The notes under the pieces: model-generated | The model's input: only the letters and a program-made list of their open reading frames with translations | What the model was told of the DNA's origin: nothing | Databases searched by the model: none | In this document: piece by piece, positions 1 to 10,344 of the stretch | How positions within the stretch are numbered: the stretch's first letter is position 1 | How the letters are laid out: the number at the start of each line of letters is the position of its first letter | Translations under genes and position numbers: made by a program | Assembly (NCBI GenBank): GCA_051942245.1 | Contig: JAVECL010000025.1 | Coordinates: 62,001 to 93,388 of the forward strand | Reading direction: 5' to 3' | Origin: Trypethelium eluteriae | Taxonomy: Eukaryota | Length of the DNA stretch: 31,388 bases

Positions 1-892
1 GAGGATTATCAAAATAAATGGAGGTAATTGTTGGATCACGCTGGGTACCGTCTGCAACTTTTGAAGTTTGAGGGTTGAACACGAGAACAGGGAGACGACG
101 TAGAATCATGGTCTTCACCTCAAGCAAGTTTTCAGGGTGAACCCAGACTATGAAAGTGGTTAGTACTCGTAAAATTCAAGGTGAATCGACGGACAACCTA
201 CATTTGTATGCTCTGTATGTCTCCCCACTGGGTTGCGTCTCGGGCAATGATGGGACCCTTGCCTCCCCGCCTTCGAGATTTTGTCGCACGAAAGAGTACA
301 GTGCTGACAATTGATATAGTATGGGCGAGTAGTCTTCTTGGTTGAAGGGAAGTGCGGCCAGACGCACTTGTAACAGCGGGCGAACTCGATAGTCGTGCCC
401 TCGCTTTCGATCATGCTTTTTCGCAGCCTTCAGGAAGCCGGTATAATTGATTCGACTGTATTTTTCGAGGTCCTTTGTCTCCTGCGAGACACTATCGAGC
501 TCAGTCAAAGCATCTTGCAGGGTCCTTTCTCGCTCTTCGCCATGTTCAGCACGGCCATTGTTCTTCGACTGTCCTTCTCCAGCTTCATGAGATTGTGGAT
601 CTTCCTCTTCCACTGCCAATGGCTCCAATCGTGCCTCACATTTTGATATGCGATCACGCAATTTCTGAACGGTTTCCGCCTGGAAGTCATGCACCTTTTC
701 CAACTGCACATTTACCAGCTCCTCCACAAAAGCTCCCTCATCCTCTTCTGTCCAATCGGAATCTTCCCGACTAATGGGCGACTCGGCATCCGATTTATCC
801 TCCTTTAAAAGATGTTTAAGCTTGTCATAGTCGATGTATTTATCTTTCCACGGTGCATAAATGGATTTTCGGAGTTGGGCTCCGAACCGCAT
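1..892 (-). CDS. SPX-domain vacuolar transporter chaperone (VTC2/VTC3-like) subunit of the polyphosphate polymerase complex; 5' part only, continues past the left edge
   Basis: Exon 1 892-202 has SPX motifs [19 protein letters not shown] and [16 protein letters not shown]. Intron 201-148 (GTAGGT...TACTAAC...TAG). Exon 2 from 147 reads (K)[24 protein letters not shown]...[12 protein letters not shown], the start of the VTC domain. VTC2/3 versus VTC4 cannot be fully settled from this fragment. Confidence 0.93.
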
Positions 893-1013
893 GCTCGAGC
901 TCTTTCGACGGTATACGCAAACAATTCAATTGGGCGACAGTGCGTCTGTGGTGAAGTTAAGAAGCTTGGGATGGGAGGAGAAAAGCAGAAAAGCCCCTCC
1001 CAAGCTCAAGCAC

Positions 1014-1021
1014 CACGTGGG
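1014..1021. promoter_or_regulatory. Pho4/NUC-1/PalcA-type bHLH site CACGTGGG in the divergent VTC/Nudix promoter
   Basis: caccacgtgggg at 1011-1022, about 120 bp upstream of the VTC ATG. VTC genes are established PHO-regulon targets in yeast. Confidence 0.6.
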
Positions 1022-1183
1022 GCAAGCAAGAACAACCCATCGGTCGGTGCCATCTGCATGGAAACCTCTAGGGTTAGCACCGCCTGTCGATCATTGCCTT
1101 CTGCGGAAAACCTTCAATCTCCGGATCTCGGGTCATTTCAGGGCTGACTTTCATCACATCGTCAGTAAGTACCAAAAAACATC

Positions 1184-2605
1184 ATGGACCAATCGAAGGC
1201 GCAGCTACAAATACCGCCTTCGCTAGTTGAATATCTGAGAGATGTTCTCCACGAACTCTCCGAAAAACCGTATCCCGAGATTCCCAATCCTCCAAACCTC
1301 AATAAGCGAGCTTCTGTTGCAGTCATACTCCGGATCAAACCTAACTACACTCACTGGCCCAGTCCCGACGCACCTTTGCCCCACAAATCTGCAAACGACT
1401 CGAATAGGGAACGAATACAAGCTTTTTTCAGTCAGGAATGGGTGAAACACGGGGATCCAGAGTTACTGTTCATGAAGCGGGCTGCCCGTAAGGGTGACCG
1501 ATGGACAAGTCATGTTGCGCTTCCTGGCGGTAGGAGGGATCCCGAGGATGCGGATGATAAGGCTGCAGCTATAAGGGAAGCTTCTGAAGAGGTGGGCATT
1601 ACATTGGATAAAGGCAGCTGTTTAGAGGTGGGGAATCTACCACAAAGACTTGTGACAACGAGCTGGGGAAAAGTTCCTCTAATGGTGCTGTGCCCCTATA
1701 TTTTTCTCATCACGAAGCACGACATTCCTCCACTGCGACTGCAGCCAACAGAGACAGGATCTGCTCACTGGGTACCACTGCGGGCTTTGCTAGCGCCAGG
1801 CCAGCGTACCTTTGAGCTTCAAGATGTTTCCAGTCGACTGGCTCATCAGGAGGTTGGGATCAAGAAATGGTTTCTGCGAGCGATGCTTGGTCGAATGGTC
1901 TTCGCCGCCGTTCGACTGGTACCAAGTGAAAGTACATATTGCACAAGTATAGAAGAATTTTACCCTTTGGAAGTTGATTCTAGAGAGTCGAGGGCTCCTG
2001 GCATCCCGTCACCAATACCCTGGATTCCCCGTCTCATACCTAGAAGAGAGCAAACGTATCCACCAACTAAGCCGCTTCTCCTTTGGGGCCTTACCCTCGG
2101 CGTGCTTGCAGACTTCCTTGAACTGCTTCCACCACACAATGCACTGAGGCTGTGGACTTATCCGACATTCACGCCTTGGGATGTTCGTTTCGCTGTCTGG
2201 GCACTGTCTTATCGCTTCAGAAAGCAGAAAGAAAGGGAGCTGTTAGCGCAGAGCACGCCCGACATGATGTGGGGGGATGAACAGAACGAGGTGGAAAGGG
2301 AGGTCTTCTCTCGAGCAGAAAATGGATTCAAGATTAACCCACATCGAAAAGACATCCCATTGGCTGACCAATACAAGACGACGGAGGAAGAGGCAGCTGA
2401 GGTCGGAATAAGTGGAATTCCGAGCGGTCAAAACCATGCGAGTCCTGTGCAGAGGCGTAATTCCGGTGCTGTCAGTCTAATGTTAGAGGGCTACTACGAT
2501 ATTGTTCGAGGAGCTGTTGCAGTTGCTCTTGCGGGAAGATGTGTCGGCGCTACAGCGCTCTTATTTTTCCTTTGGCATAGAAGGGGATCTTTGACAAGAT
2601 CATGA
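1184..2605 (+). CDS. Nudix hydrolase (CoA-pyrophosphatase/PCD1-like clade) with a C-terminal hydrophobic anchor
   Basis: Intronless 473-aa ORF. Nudix box GGRRDPEDADDKAAAIREASEEVGI, preceded by LLFMKRAARKGDRWTSHVALPGG; RASVAVIL and LWGLT motifs; C-terminal AVAVALAGRCVGATALLFFLW followed by HRR. Confidence 0.9.
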   Translation: MDQSKAQLQIPPSLVEYLRDVLHELSEKPYPEIPNPPNLNKRASVAVILRIKPNYTHWPSPDAPLPHKSANDSNRERIQAFFSQEWVKHGDPELLFMKRAARKGDRWTSHVALPGGRRDPEDADDKAAAIREASEEVGITLDKGSCLEVGNLPQRLVTTSWGKVPLMVLCPYIFLITKHDIPPLRLQPTETGSAHWVPLRALLAPGQRTFELQDVSSRLAHQEVGIKKWFLRAMLGRMVFAAVRLVPSESTYCTSIEEFYPLEVDSRESRAPGIPSPIPWIPRLIPRREQTYPPTKPLLLWGLTLGVLADFLELLPPHNALRLWTYPTFTPWDVRFAVWALSYRFRKQKERELLAQSTPDMMWGDEQNEVEREVFSRAENGFKINPHRKDIPLADQYKTTEEEAAEVGISGIPSGQNHASPVQRRNSGAVSLMLEGYYDIVRGAVAVALAGRCVGATALLFFLWHRRGSLTRS

Positions 2606-3186
2606 TGAGTAGAACGAAAGAACCAAGATGCCAGAACGTAATGCTTCATTCATTTTAAAGGGGAGCCTATCTGCGGTTGCCGTAGGTATCAATTTCCACG
2701 ATGCTATTCGGCCCATCCCAAGTCGCAACGGTTATCCCAACAAATCGCAGCAGCAATTGCTGAATATTGCGAAGACCTTGTCGGGCGCCACGACAAGCGT
2801 AAGCAGATACGAACGAGGCAACCTGCATTTGAGCAGGAAGGATAAAATCGGAAGCATTGTCATGCTCATTCAGTTTGTCGGGTGTAAAGATTGGTAAGTA
2901 AGCAGGGAATGAGTCTGGAGTAATTTTCCGAGGTTTGGCGGTGGATGATCGAGACCCAGGGACGGCATTGTCAGCCAAGTCTAAACGCTTTTTGGACGAG
3001 CTCTGGATGCAAGCTACCGATTTTTGCCCGAGTGACGCCATTCTGATCGTAGATATGATGGATATTTACTGGCTCAACGCACGAGACACAACCCTCATCC
3101 CAATTGCCCGCCACTCAAGGCTTCCACCTCGCAAACTCCATTCGATTTGGCCTCTTCGCTTTTCACTTTCCACGTCGACTCCCAAA

Positions 3187-4131
3187 ATGAAGATTCTCAC
3201 AAAAGAGGAAGAGCAGGCGCATTACAAGTAGCTTCCCCATCAAACTAGTCGTGAGGTACAAGTAATAACACGCTCTCTCAGTGCAACATTAAAAGGCGGC
3301 ATTGGAGGTGGATTAGCTGGATTAGCTGTCGGTACTCTAGGGGTCTATGCCGCAAGCGCCAGGTATCCAGCGTTCAGGCAATTAACACTTCAATTCCGAG
3401 TATTCTTGGCCGCCTCTTCAGGGACCTTCGCCTGTACGCTGACTCTCATCTTACCTTGCATATCTTACATTTCTTGACGCCAGACTGACGCTCTTCTAAA
3501 GCCATCATCTCTGCCGACCGATACTCTCGCAAATTCGAAGAGTCACGTAATCCCGAGAAGAGATACGTCGATAGCGCAAAAACCTTATCACAGCAAATCG
3601 AAGCGCAAAAGACCGGTCTACAAAGAGCTGGTGACTGGGCGAGAGAGAACCGATACCCTATCGTCTTCGCATCATGGGTTGCATCGATGGGTGCGGCTTT
3701 TGGCATTGTTGGACGGAATCCTTACTTGACAGGACAGCAAAAACTTGTCCAGGCCCGTGTGTATGCCCAAGGATTGACGTTGGCGGTCTTACTGGCTAGC
3801 TTTGCGTTTGAAACGAGCGATGCGGCAAAGGGAAAGGGTCGATGGGAGACCATCAAGGTGCTTGACCCGAACGACCCTACTCATCAGCACATCATTGAGA
3901 AGCGGATACATCATGAGCGATACGCGGGCGAGGACCAATGGCGAGGTATGTGTCTTCATTGTACCCATTCACGGCTACCGGGAACTACCGAGGAAAAATA
4001 GCTGATAAGTACTATCAGACATGATTGAGGCTGAGGAGCAGAGGCTGAAAGAAAGAAGAGAAGCCGTCCAGCGAAAGGAGGAAGAAGATGCGAAGAAGGC
4101 CGGCAAGCAGCAGAAGCAGCAAGCTTCATGA
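3187..4131 (+). CDS. RCF2: Respiratory supercomplex factor 2 (HIG1-domain mitochondrial inner-membrane protein)
   Basis: Exons 3187-3227, 3282-3433, 3502-3945, 4019-4131. Protein MKILTKEEEQAHYNATLKGG...WARENRYPIVFASWVASM...QKLVQARVYAQGLTLAVLLAS...EDQWRDMIEAEEQR; QARVYAQ is the HIG1 motif. Confidence 0.92.
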
Positions 4132-6076
4132 GGGTCCTCTTGCGACAACTCGAGATCGCCTCCCGCTCCTCCCGTCAAGTTTCTCCAATCTCTGTAATTT
4201 ATGTCTTCTCCGGGCCCCGGTACACTGGTCCCCTTGCTGTTACTTTTCCATGATTTCATCCCATTTCAAGGTTTTCAGGTCAAAGCGCCGCAAAAGGCTT
4301 CGGGCTTCGCAACTCTATCCTCTCTCGACTTTTCAAGTTCACCTAGGCCGGCATTGTATATGAATCATGATATTCTATAGATTTTTTTTTTCCACAGATC
4401 AGAATGAATCATTTACTTCAATGTTGTAGGACGGGGCGAACAGATGATCGAATATGCAGGAATGCCAATCCATAACCATGTTGAAATATAACTGACCTCT
4501 TGCTGCAGCACTGTTGGTTCTAAAACACATGGCGCTGGGTCTATGAAAGAATAGACAGACTCTTTGAAGGAGTTGCAGCGATACTCCGACTGTTAACGCT
4601 ACGGCGGTTTGATCTGCTCTGATTGTGATCGATCGGTATTACTGTATACAATTGAATGGCGCCTGACGTTCACCCTGCCGAATCACTGACGACCAGTCAA
4701 GCAGCTAGAATAACATTCTCGTCGATGTCTCGTCGCATTCAGGCAGGGGCTCTAATTCTAGAAGGACTTTGAGGCATTTTGCTCTTCAACCGTTGCGTAT
4801 CGAAGGGCACCATTGGAAGAGACAATACGGAGTATTCCTGTCACTGATGTTAGAAGAGACTCTACGAATTCTAGCTCTTCCGATAAGAAGACGCTAGTGA
4901 ACGGCCATAACCCCCATCAGATCTCAGCGCAGAAATAAATCTCTCAGGTCCACTGCCAGTGCTTTTGGTCAAAATGCCTCTACATGAGATCAGGATTCAT
5001 CGTTTAAGAAACGAAAGAGATTCCACCAATGAAAGGTTCGCGGCCCCTGTTTCAATTAAGGCTTGGCACGATGTGGTGGGACTATCTCACCACCTAATCT
5101 TGGAGAGGCCCCCTTCGCCACGAGAGATTTCTCCGGTTGATTAGGTAGGCGGCTATGACCGCTGATGGTGGAGCACCAGCAGTCTCAAGCTCCGGTCATC
5201 GTGCATTCGTTCTGATCTAGACGATCTATGCGACGTTCCGCGATCTTCAAAGAAGCCGAAATCCGACCATCTGAGGATCTGGCGGGCAGGTAGGGCGCGT
5301 CCCTGGTTCCAGTATGTAATGTCACCAGAGCACCCGCCGAGGACGAGTGGGTCCGTTTCAAGTTGAAGACTTCACAACCGCCACGGCCACCAGCAGCGCA
5401 ACGAGTCAACGGGAGAGGCAATCATTGCACTCACGCTGCAAATTCTGTCGATGCAACTTTTGAAAGTCAGCAGCCTCGCAAACATATCTACACCCGGTGT
5501 CACCATGCACTGGAGGCATCCAGTCGGTGTATGTGTGGGGTTTTAGGTGATGGGCAGGCACGCAGGGCAGGGTGGCAGGAAGGGCCGGGAGTGCAGGGTC
5601 GGAGCGGAAACCCCCTGCTAGCGCCATGTGCTGCTGGTTCCGCGCTGTAGGGAAATCTTCCTCCGTCACCTCGCCCACCTCGCCTCTCTGTTTCCACCAT
5701 CTTCCCTTGTTTGCATCGCTTGCCGACGACTCGCTTGACCCAGGCAGGCCCAGGGATTCATCGCATTGTCGATGGGTTTCCGTCGCTTCTGGCTTGAAGC
5801 GCCACCCGGAACCACCTCAATGCCTGCTCGAATCAGGTCTAGCCGCTTGGAACTTTCATAAACATGATACTGGACAATCTAGAAACGACGGCTGCCATTC
5901 GTCTGCCCCTTAGACTCCATGGCAACCGCTGTCATCCCATCGACCTTTACCTCCGCCGGACTAATGGACAGCCTGCGCAACACACCTTTAATCTATCCCC
6001 CGGCGTGATGAGATGACAGTAGCGCCATGTCACGAATGGCTTTAGTAGTGAGTGCTTCTAGTTATGTACGAGAAGG

Positions 6077-6082
6077 TATAAG
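6077..6082 (+). promoter_or_regulatory. Probable TATA element of the AA9 gene
   Basis: TATAAG about 200 bp upstream of the ATG, followed by a CT-rich tract at about 6107-6122. Confidence 0.45.
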
Positions 6083-6278
6083 AAGTGAGAACTTCGCGTC
6101 AACAGTACCTCTTTCTTCTTCACCACAGTCAAGCCTGCTCAGCATTGGCGTTCCATTCTTTTGAACCATATTCAAACTTTTACTACTTCACTGAGTGAAG
6201 CTGGTCCTCCGATTCTCACGCTCTTTCCTGCTATACACATTCGTTCTCAAGACTCAGAGTCCACGCTATCTTTTTCAA

Positions 6279-7493
6279 ATGGCCACATTTTCGATTGCTG
6301 CCGCCCTTCTTGGGTTGGCCTCTTCCGTCTCCGCTCACGGCCAAGTCCAGGGCATTGTCGCCAACGGCGAATTCTACGAAGGATATAGCCCCAGCTTTCA
6401 GTACTCCAACCCGCCTCCCACTGTCATTGGATGGTCCATCCCTCAAGATCTTGACAATGGGTTCGTCGCCTCTAGTGCTCTCCAGACCGACGACATCATT
6501 TGCCACGTGAATGCCACCCCGGCTAAGGGCCACGCTGTTGTTGCTGCTGGCGATGTTGTCGAGCTCCAGTGGTCTGCATGGCCTTCCTCTCACCACGGTC
6601 CTGTGATTGACTACCTCGCCAACTGCAACGGCGCTTGCGAGACTGTCGACAAGACCAAGCTTGAGTTCTTTAAGATCGATGGTGTCGGTCTTGTCAACGA
6701 CAACCCTGTGCCGGGAACCTGGGCTTCCGACCAGTTGATTGCCAACAACAACAGCTGGGTTGTCACCATTCCTAAGAGCATTGCTCCAGGCAACTACGTT
6801 CTCCGCCACGAAATCATTGCTCTTCACTCTGCTGGCTCGGCCGGTGGTGCTCAGATGTATCCTCACTGCATTAACTTGCAGATCACTGGTTCTGGCACTA
6901 CTAAGCCCACTGGTACCCTTGGTACTGCTCTCTACAAGGAGGCTGACCCAGGTATTGAAGTCAACATCTACCAGTCTCTTTCTTACGTCATCCCTGGACC
7001 TAGCCCCATCGCCGACGCTGTCTCCATGAAGCAGTCTCAGCCCAGCATCACGGCCAATGGTGTCGTTGCGACCGGCTCCGCTGCACCTGCCGCAGCCGTC
7101 GCAGCAAGCTCATCTGTTGTCAGCGTCCCCGCTGCTGCTTCCTCCAGCAGTGCCGTTGTCGCTTCCAGTGCTGCTCCCTCAACCAGCGTCGTCAGCAGCA
7201 CTGTTGCTACCAGCGCCGCCGCCAGCGCTTCCGCTCCTGCTGTCTCTGCCGCAGCGTCCTCTGCCCTCGGCTTGACCTCTGCTCTCCCATCCTCCCTCCT
7301 CACCTCTGTCCTCCCCACCGCCGTGCCCACTGGTACCGCCTCTGGCTCCGCACCCGTCCCAACCAACCCTCTCCCCGAGGGTACCACTCTCCAGGACCTC
7401 CTTGACTGGGTGTCCTACGTTTTCGCCCAGATGTTCAAGGACCTTGAGTCTCAGCAGAACGAGCAAAACCACGCTCGATCCTTCCGAAAGTAA
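6279..7493 (+). CDS. Secreted AA9 (GH61) lytic polysaccharide monooxygenase with a Ser/Ala-rich C-terminal extension
   Basis: ATG 6279 in tcaaATG context (the ORF-track GTG start at 6195 is unlikely). Signal peptide [19 protein letters not shown] ends just before His1 (HGQV, codon 6336). Also [32 protein letters not shown] and GAQMYP (Gln and axial Tyr). Intronless. Confidence 0.97.
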   Translation: MATFSIAAALLGLASSVSAHGQVQGIVANGEFYEGYSPSFQYSNPPPTVIGWSIPQDLDNGFVASSALQTDDIICHVNATPAKGHAVVAAGDVVELQWSAWPSSHHGPVIDYLANCNGACETVDKTKLEFFKIDGVGLVNDNPVPGTWASDQLIANNNSWVVTIPKSIAPGNYVLRHEIIALHSAGSAGGAQMYPHCINLQITGSGTTKPTGTLGTALYKEADPGIEVNIYQSLSYVIPGPSPIADAVSMKQSQPSITANGVVATGSAAPAAAVAASSSVVSVPAAASSSSAVVASSAAPSTSVVSSTVATSAAASASAPAVSAAASSALGLTSALPSSLLTSVLPTAVPTGTASGSAPVPTNPLPEGTTLQDLLDWVSYVFAQMFKDLESQQNEQNHARSFRK

Positions 7494-7958
7494 ACTGTCG
7501 ACTGACTATTTCTTTCACTACTCTTACTATTTCTGAAAATAGTTGGAGCACGGGGCTTTACCGGCTGGAATTTGTTCTTTTTGCATGGAAGATTTATAGA
7601 GAGCGCGGTGTGAAGTGATGGTCATTTGGAAAATTTGGCTGCGGGATTCATGTATATATATCACTATTCAATTCTGCCAATATGAGCACTTGACATAGTG
7701 TCTGCGACATGCTGTCAATGATTATACACTACAAACTTATCCCGATTTGCTTTTAAGTGAAACCGCATCTGCAAATGAACGATGGACAAGAAATTTCAGA
7801 TCCGATCAGCAGGTGACTTTTCGTTTGGAACTCGGGATTCTGGAAATCACTGCGATTTTACTATCTAACTGCAAAACTCACAAAAGCTCAGTTGACTCTG
7901 TCATCAATATGAATATGTACATACAATGCATAGTTTACAGATGTCTAATCGAACGCCT

Positions 7959-9946
7959 CTATGAGCTGCAGCTGCATTGCATAGCCCTGTTATACTTGGG
8001 CACATCCCCACAAAATCTCTCTTCCTCTTCACGATTCCACCCCCACTCATCTTCAAACGGCGAGAGGGTCATTTCCATCACTTGATTTAGGATCTCACGC
8101 TCGCCCTTCTTCTCAACTCTGTCGATGAGCTCATCCAAAATCCACGATCGTGGCAAGAACTGGGCACAATTAGCAGCTGCATCCGTATTTAAGTGAGAAC
8201 GTGCATTACCTTTGGATTGGCTTGCTTCATCTCCGCTATTCTCTCGTCGTCGTGTCCTTCTCCCCAGTCCTCAATTGCCCTTGCTCTCCATTTATCAAGC
8301 CATTTCGCAATCCTTTCCCTGGCAGCCCCTTCATCCTTCTCCAGACCCGTCAGGCCTTCTTTATGGAAGAACTGTCCAGCCACCTCTTTTCGCGCCTCAT
8401 CAGTCTCGACGTCTTTGGTGTTGACATTGCTCAACTTCCTAAACATGTGGTTGAAGTCCAGCTCCAGCGCTTCCATAGTGTCCAATAATTCCGAATATAA
8501 CTCATCAAAATCCTGCTGCTTGCTCTTCTTGAGTCCCAGCCGTAAAGTCATTAGCCGCTTATACTCCGCCATAAATACTGCCTTATACTCTTCGCCCACT
8601 TGTTGAATGATCGTCTCTGCGCGCTCCACGAGCTCATCCGCCCAACCTTTCCTCACGCCCTCGTTGACAAATTCTTCCTCATCTGCCTTCGACCCAGCCC
8701 CGATTAGCTCACCGAGCGCCTCCCCCAGCCTCACCAAATTCCACCAGATGATGGACGGTTGATTCTTGTATGAGTATCTAAGCATGAAGTCATCATGGTT
8801 CGGCGTATAACTCGGATCGAAGTTGTCAAGGAAGGCAAAGGGCCCGAAATCGATGCTCAACCCCATGATGGACGTATTATCCGTATTCAGCACCCCATTC
8901 GTAAAGGCATACGCCTGCCACGCCGCCACGGTCTGCGCATTTCTGCGTGTTATCTCCCGGAAAAGCCTTGTGAATCGATTCTCTTCATATTTCCCCTCCC
9001 CCTCCACCGTCTCTGCCTCAACACCCCTGATCGGCTCTCCCGCAGTCTCACTCACCTCCCCCTCGGGCAGCTTTCCAGGTAGTGACTTCCACCCCGGTAG
9101 CACCTTCGTCGCAACATGCTCTGCCAACTGCCGTATTAACCCGCGATCTCCCCTCGCCCGCAGCAGATCAAATGTGCCAATCCGGATCCAGCTCTGCGCA
9201 GCACGACATACGATTGCGCCCGGCTCCATCCGCTCGCGCTGCACCCGAGAGTGTGGACAGAATGTCAGACTCAATGCGCGGGTGCTCGGGATGCGGAGCG
9301 CATTCAACGCCTCAGACACAACGAACTCGCGTATCGAAGAGCGTAGCACGGCCTTGCCGTCAGCGAAACGCGAGTAGGGTGTCTTGCCCGCGCCCTTGAG
9401 CTGGATTTCATAGGAGGTGTTGGTTGAGGGGTTGTGCGACTCGAAGAGGGAGATGGCGCGACCGTCGCCGAGTTGACCCGCCCACTGACCGAATTGGTAG
9501 CCGCCGTAGCATTGGGCCCAGGGATAGATGCCCGTCTGGGAGTCTGGGTCCCAGAGGATCTTGTTGCCGGAGACGAGCTGCTTAAAGTCGTCGGTGTCGG
9601 CTTCGGCGGGGTCGATGCCGACGTCGAGGAGGGCTCTGCGGCTGGTGGCGAGGAGTTCGGGGTCTTCGGTCGGTTCGGGTCTGACGAAGGTGTAGAGAGC
9701 TCCTTTGACTAGTCGAGGGCCGAGTTCAGAGCGCTCGGCTTTGTGAGAATCGGAAGGTGTGGGGTATTTGGGATCAGAGGGAAGACTATCGGTGAAGATC
9801 TTAGTCTTGGAGAGTTCACTGAGAGATCGAGTGGCGGACAGATCGCCATTGACGCTCTCGCGAATGTGTTTTGGCAGTGGCGAAAAGTTATTCTGCCGCA
9901 TAGTGGTTGTGATGGCGTGCGCTCGACGGAGAGTGCGGGAAAGCAT
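7959..9946 (-). CDS. FMP40: SelO-family protein adenylyltransferase (YdiU/UPF0061), probably mitochondrial
   Basis: Exon 1 9946-8210, intron 8209-8160 (GTAATG...GCTAAT...CAG), exon 2 8159-7959. Motifs AQCYGGYQFGQWAGQLGDGRA, QLKGAGKTPYSRFADGKAVLRSSIRE, GVLNTDN, IDFGPF, NPKFLPR; C-terminal CSCSS; Arg/Thr-rich presequence-like N-terminus. Confidence 0.96.
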
Positions 9947-10344
9947 ACATAGGAAAATGCCCTACGAATGCAAGATCGAGGCGAAAAGTGAAGAAACAGT
10001 GGCCGGTGGAATGTAGGATCGATATAAGTGGAATTGCATTATAGAAGAGTTAGGTAAGGATGATGCTTCGCGACGTCAAATTGCGTCATTAGCCGACCCA
10101 ACTTAGAAAAATTAAGGTTATTGATAAAGTACCAAATGGACATTCCCAACTTCTCATTCTGCAGTTCTGGCTCTATACCTTTGGGGAGGCCCCCCGGGGG
10201 TTTCAAGACTTGGACTGGAACTTTGGTGAGGAATCATGCAAGAAACACCTGGAAACTTTAAGTCTCACAACCTATTGTTACTCCATACGACCTAGCAGGC
10301 CCCCATCATAATCGCGTACACCTTGGCACAAATCTTCGCCTGTC

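Noticed and set aside
2628..3231. Short ORFs (89, 124 and 98 aa) between the Nudix gene and RCF2
   Set aside because: No recognisable motifs; the 2935 ORF is only an upstream in-frame extension of RCF2 exon 1.
6231..7472. Antisense ORFs over the AA9 gene
   Set aside because: Typical antisense open frames of a strongly codon-biased gene.
7959..7976. Possible selenocysteine in SelO
   Set aside because: The C-terminus is TGC AGC TGC AGC TCA TAG (CSCSS); no in-frame TGA, so this is the Cys form.
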